Origin: Chiloscyllium plagiosum
Taxonomy: Eukaryota
Assembly (NCBI RefSeq): GCF_004010195.1
Contig: NC_057718.1
Location: forward strand, 37,614,007 to 37,678,006
Direction: 5' to 3'
Length of the DNA stretch: 64,000 nucleotides
Positions 61,692 to 64,000 of the stretch are shown here, one piece after another. A model generated the notes under the pieces. It searched no databases. It was not told the origin of the DNA and was given only the letters and a program-made list of their open reading frames with translations. Position numbers and translations under genes: made by a program. How positions within the stretch are numbered: the stretch's first letter is position 1; every line of letters starts with the position of its first letter.

Positions 61692-64000
61692 AGCCAAAGG
61701 CATGGGAAGGGATTGGAGGCATGTTAGTGACTAAGCCAAAATGGCAAGAATGCAGACTAATTAATGGGAAATTGACAGAACAATAGAAGGTGCCGACCAT
61801 ACACTAATGACAATGGGCAATATACTTTTTTATCTACTGAGGCTAAAACAGTCCTAGAGAATACGTACTCTAGTAGGATCCATAAGGTAATGGCAAGTGA
61901 AGGATCTGGGGGTATATCCATGTGTCAAGTCAGCCCTGAGCAGAGATTGAAAAGGAAGGACTGTTAGGGAATAAAAGGGGAAGGTATTATTATATTATAC
62001 ATATTTGCTATGTGAAGAACAGAATTCCCCAGAACATTAAACAAAACTGTTACGTGAGATGGCCAATGAGTTGTGAAATTGTGAAGCTATGTTTTGGGAG
62101 AACAATAATTTGGGTATTATGAATATGTGCTTCTGAAGACTTTGTATAGATCGGAGAGGTTCTCAGGTAACTAAGATCTGCTCCCTTTCATATGCCAAAC
62201 AAAAATTGTTGCTTTCTTGAATCTCACAGACTCAACATTGATCATTTCACCTCAACAACAACGTTCAACAAAACACTATTCATTACATTCTATAGGTTCA
62301 TACTAACAATTCAATTGTTACTATTTAGTAATGATGGTCAATAACTTAAAATGTTCCCCACCTGTGGATTCATTTTAATTATTCTAATTTAGCATGTGAA
62401 ATAGGCAAATGAATGATTTTGTCATTACAACATTTGTAGATGTTTCTCCTCCCTTTTTCCATGCAAAGATGTAAAGATAACTCCTTTACAAAGACTTAAA
62501 ACAGGCATAAATAAAACAAGCACCTCATTGTGTTTTCCTTACCCTCCAAAGTGCCCCTATACACATGGGATAAACACAATTGAAATGAATTTTTTGCATT
62601 GGCATCATTTCATAAAATGTACTCAACCCAGAGACAATAAAATTATAGAACTTGAAATATTCCTAGATTTTTGAATTCCACTATGTCCATTTTTTCTGCC
62701 ATTGATTCTACTTATTCAATTTGTTCGCTAAAATTGGAAATTGTGGTACCCACTGCCTACTCTGTGGACAAATTCAGCAGTGCAAACCATCATGTCAATA
62801 TTTCTCTTTTGCTTAACCAATTCAAATACCCATTATTAGCAGCCTTCAAGGACTATAGTTATATTATGGTATGAATTGATGTAATTGCCATTTTCAGCAT
62901 TTCAGCATGAACCGATGTAAATTATGCGATTATGATATGATATGTTTGAGAGCTGAAGGAAAACTTTGAAAATACCACGTCAAAACCTCAAACAGCATAA
63001 AAAAGGTCAAACCTTATAATCTAGCAATTTTTAAACAGGATTTGGAGGTGCTGGAAAAACAGTATCATTTTACAGCTTAGAAATGCAAGAAAATCTGAAC
63101 AATGTGTAAGTGTGACTGCTTTTTCCAATAAGTTAACCATCAGTTTTTTAGTCAAGTGCAGTCATCATCTGATAATTGAATGACAGTGGCGCCTCTAATA
63201 AAATCTGTCTGAACTTCAGTAATAATAAGGTTTTCCTAATCCTGACAACTAACCCGCGTCTCTATAGCAATACTTTCATTGAAAAAGCTGATTGTACTGT
63301 GAAGGAAGGAGGAAACATTTTGCTCGGTTTCAATGCTGTTTTTGCAGCTGGAATTAAGTACTGTCACTTTTATCTCCCTAGCATTTGTTTTTCTTAAGTT
63401 TGCCTATATTGACTCCATGGTGAGACAGGCAGGAGGGTGAGTGCTAGAGAACTTTCTCTGTACAATCCTCAACCTATTTTATTCCTGGACTGTTATTGTG
63501 CTGGAAATATGAACAGCGGAATGACCCACTGAGAAATATAGCACAAAGCACAAAATGTGCATTCTCCCTTCCAATTTGAATTCATATTGGACTCATTGGC
63601 CTTCACCAAAGAACCTCAAGTCAAATTAGGAATGCCACATGTAATTCTGAAATATTTCTTTGAGTGCAGACTAATCACAGTAGTCAGTCAGTCTAAATAA
63701 TATTTTCAGAACCCAGAGTGACTTTCAACTTACATTTCCAACAGCATTCAATGTCTTTGCTGTTAATATAAAGAAACTTTAGGAATGCTGTTATTAAGCT
63801 GTATTCAATAATAATCAACATAAAAAAAGGACCACATAAAGTAGAAGCGTTAATCAGAGCAATCTAATGAAAGACACATGCTGGCATCATCTGTATCTTT
63901 AAGATCCGTTAGAAATCTGTTTGGTATCTGTTAGAAAACCATAATATTACTGCAGTTCAAGCAGATTTGAATCGAGGTGGCACTGTCTTTTGATTATTAA

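Overview
This is repeat-rich, non-genic (intronic or intergenic) vertebrate DNA. The HE1-type V-SINEs, HER1/CR1 LINE tails and a Deu-domain SINE point to an elasmobranch (shark); this is an inference. No host protein-coding gene could be supported, and nearly all listed ORFs are transposon debris or chance. Contents: several CR1 LINEs; Penelope-like elements (PLEs) of at least three families, some with GIY-YIG remnants; decayed Harbinger transposase and Myb/SANT remnants; tRNA-headed SINEs; a probable solo LTR; and an 18-N gap. Two things stand out. (1) About a dozen short (100-450 bp) insertions are built only from PLE termini. Most are asymmetric hairpins with 13-16 bp target-site duplications and a minimal hammerhead-ribozyme-like core (CUGANGA-N-stem II-GAAAC-NUH), whose stem II differs compensatorily between families. 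(2) An intact 5S rRNA gene with about 500 bp of spacer sits antisense between two CR1 3' ends, which looks like a LINE-transduced 5S rDNA unit. Family names come from recognition of motifs, not database searches, and boundaries of old repeats are approximate.
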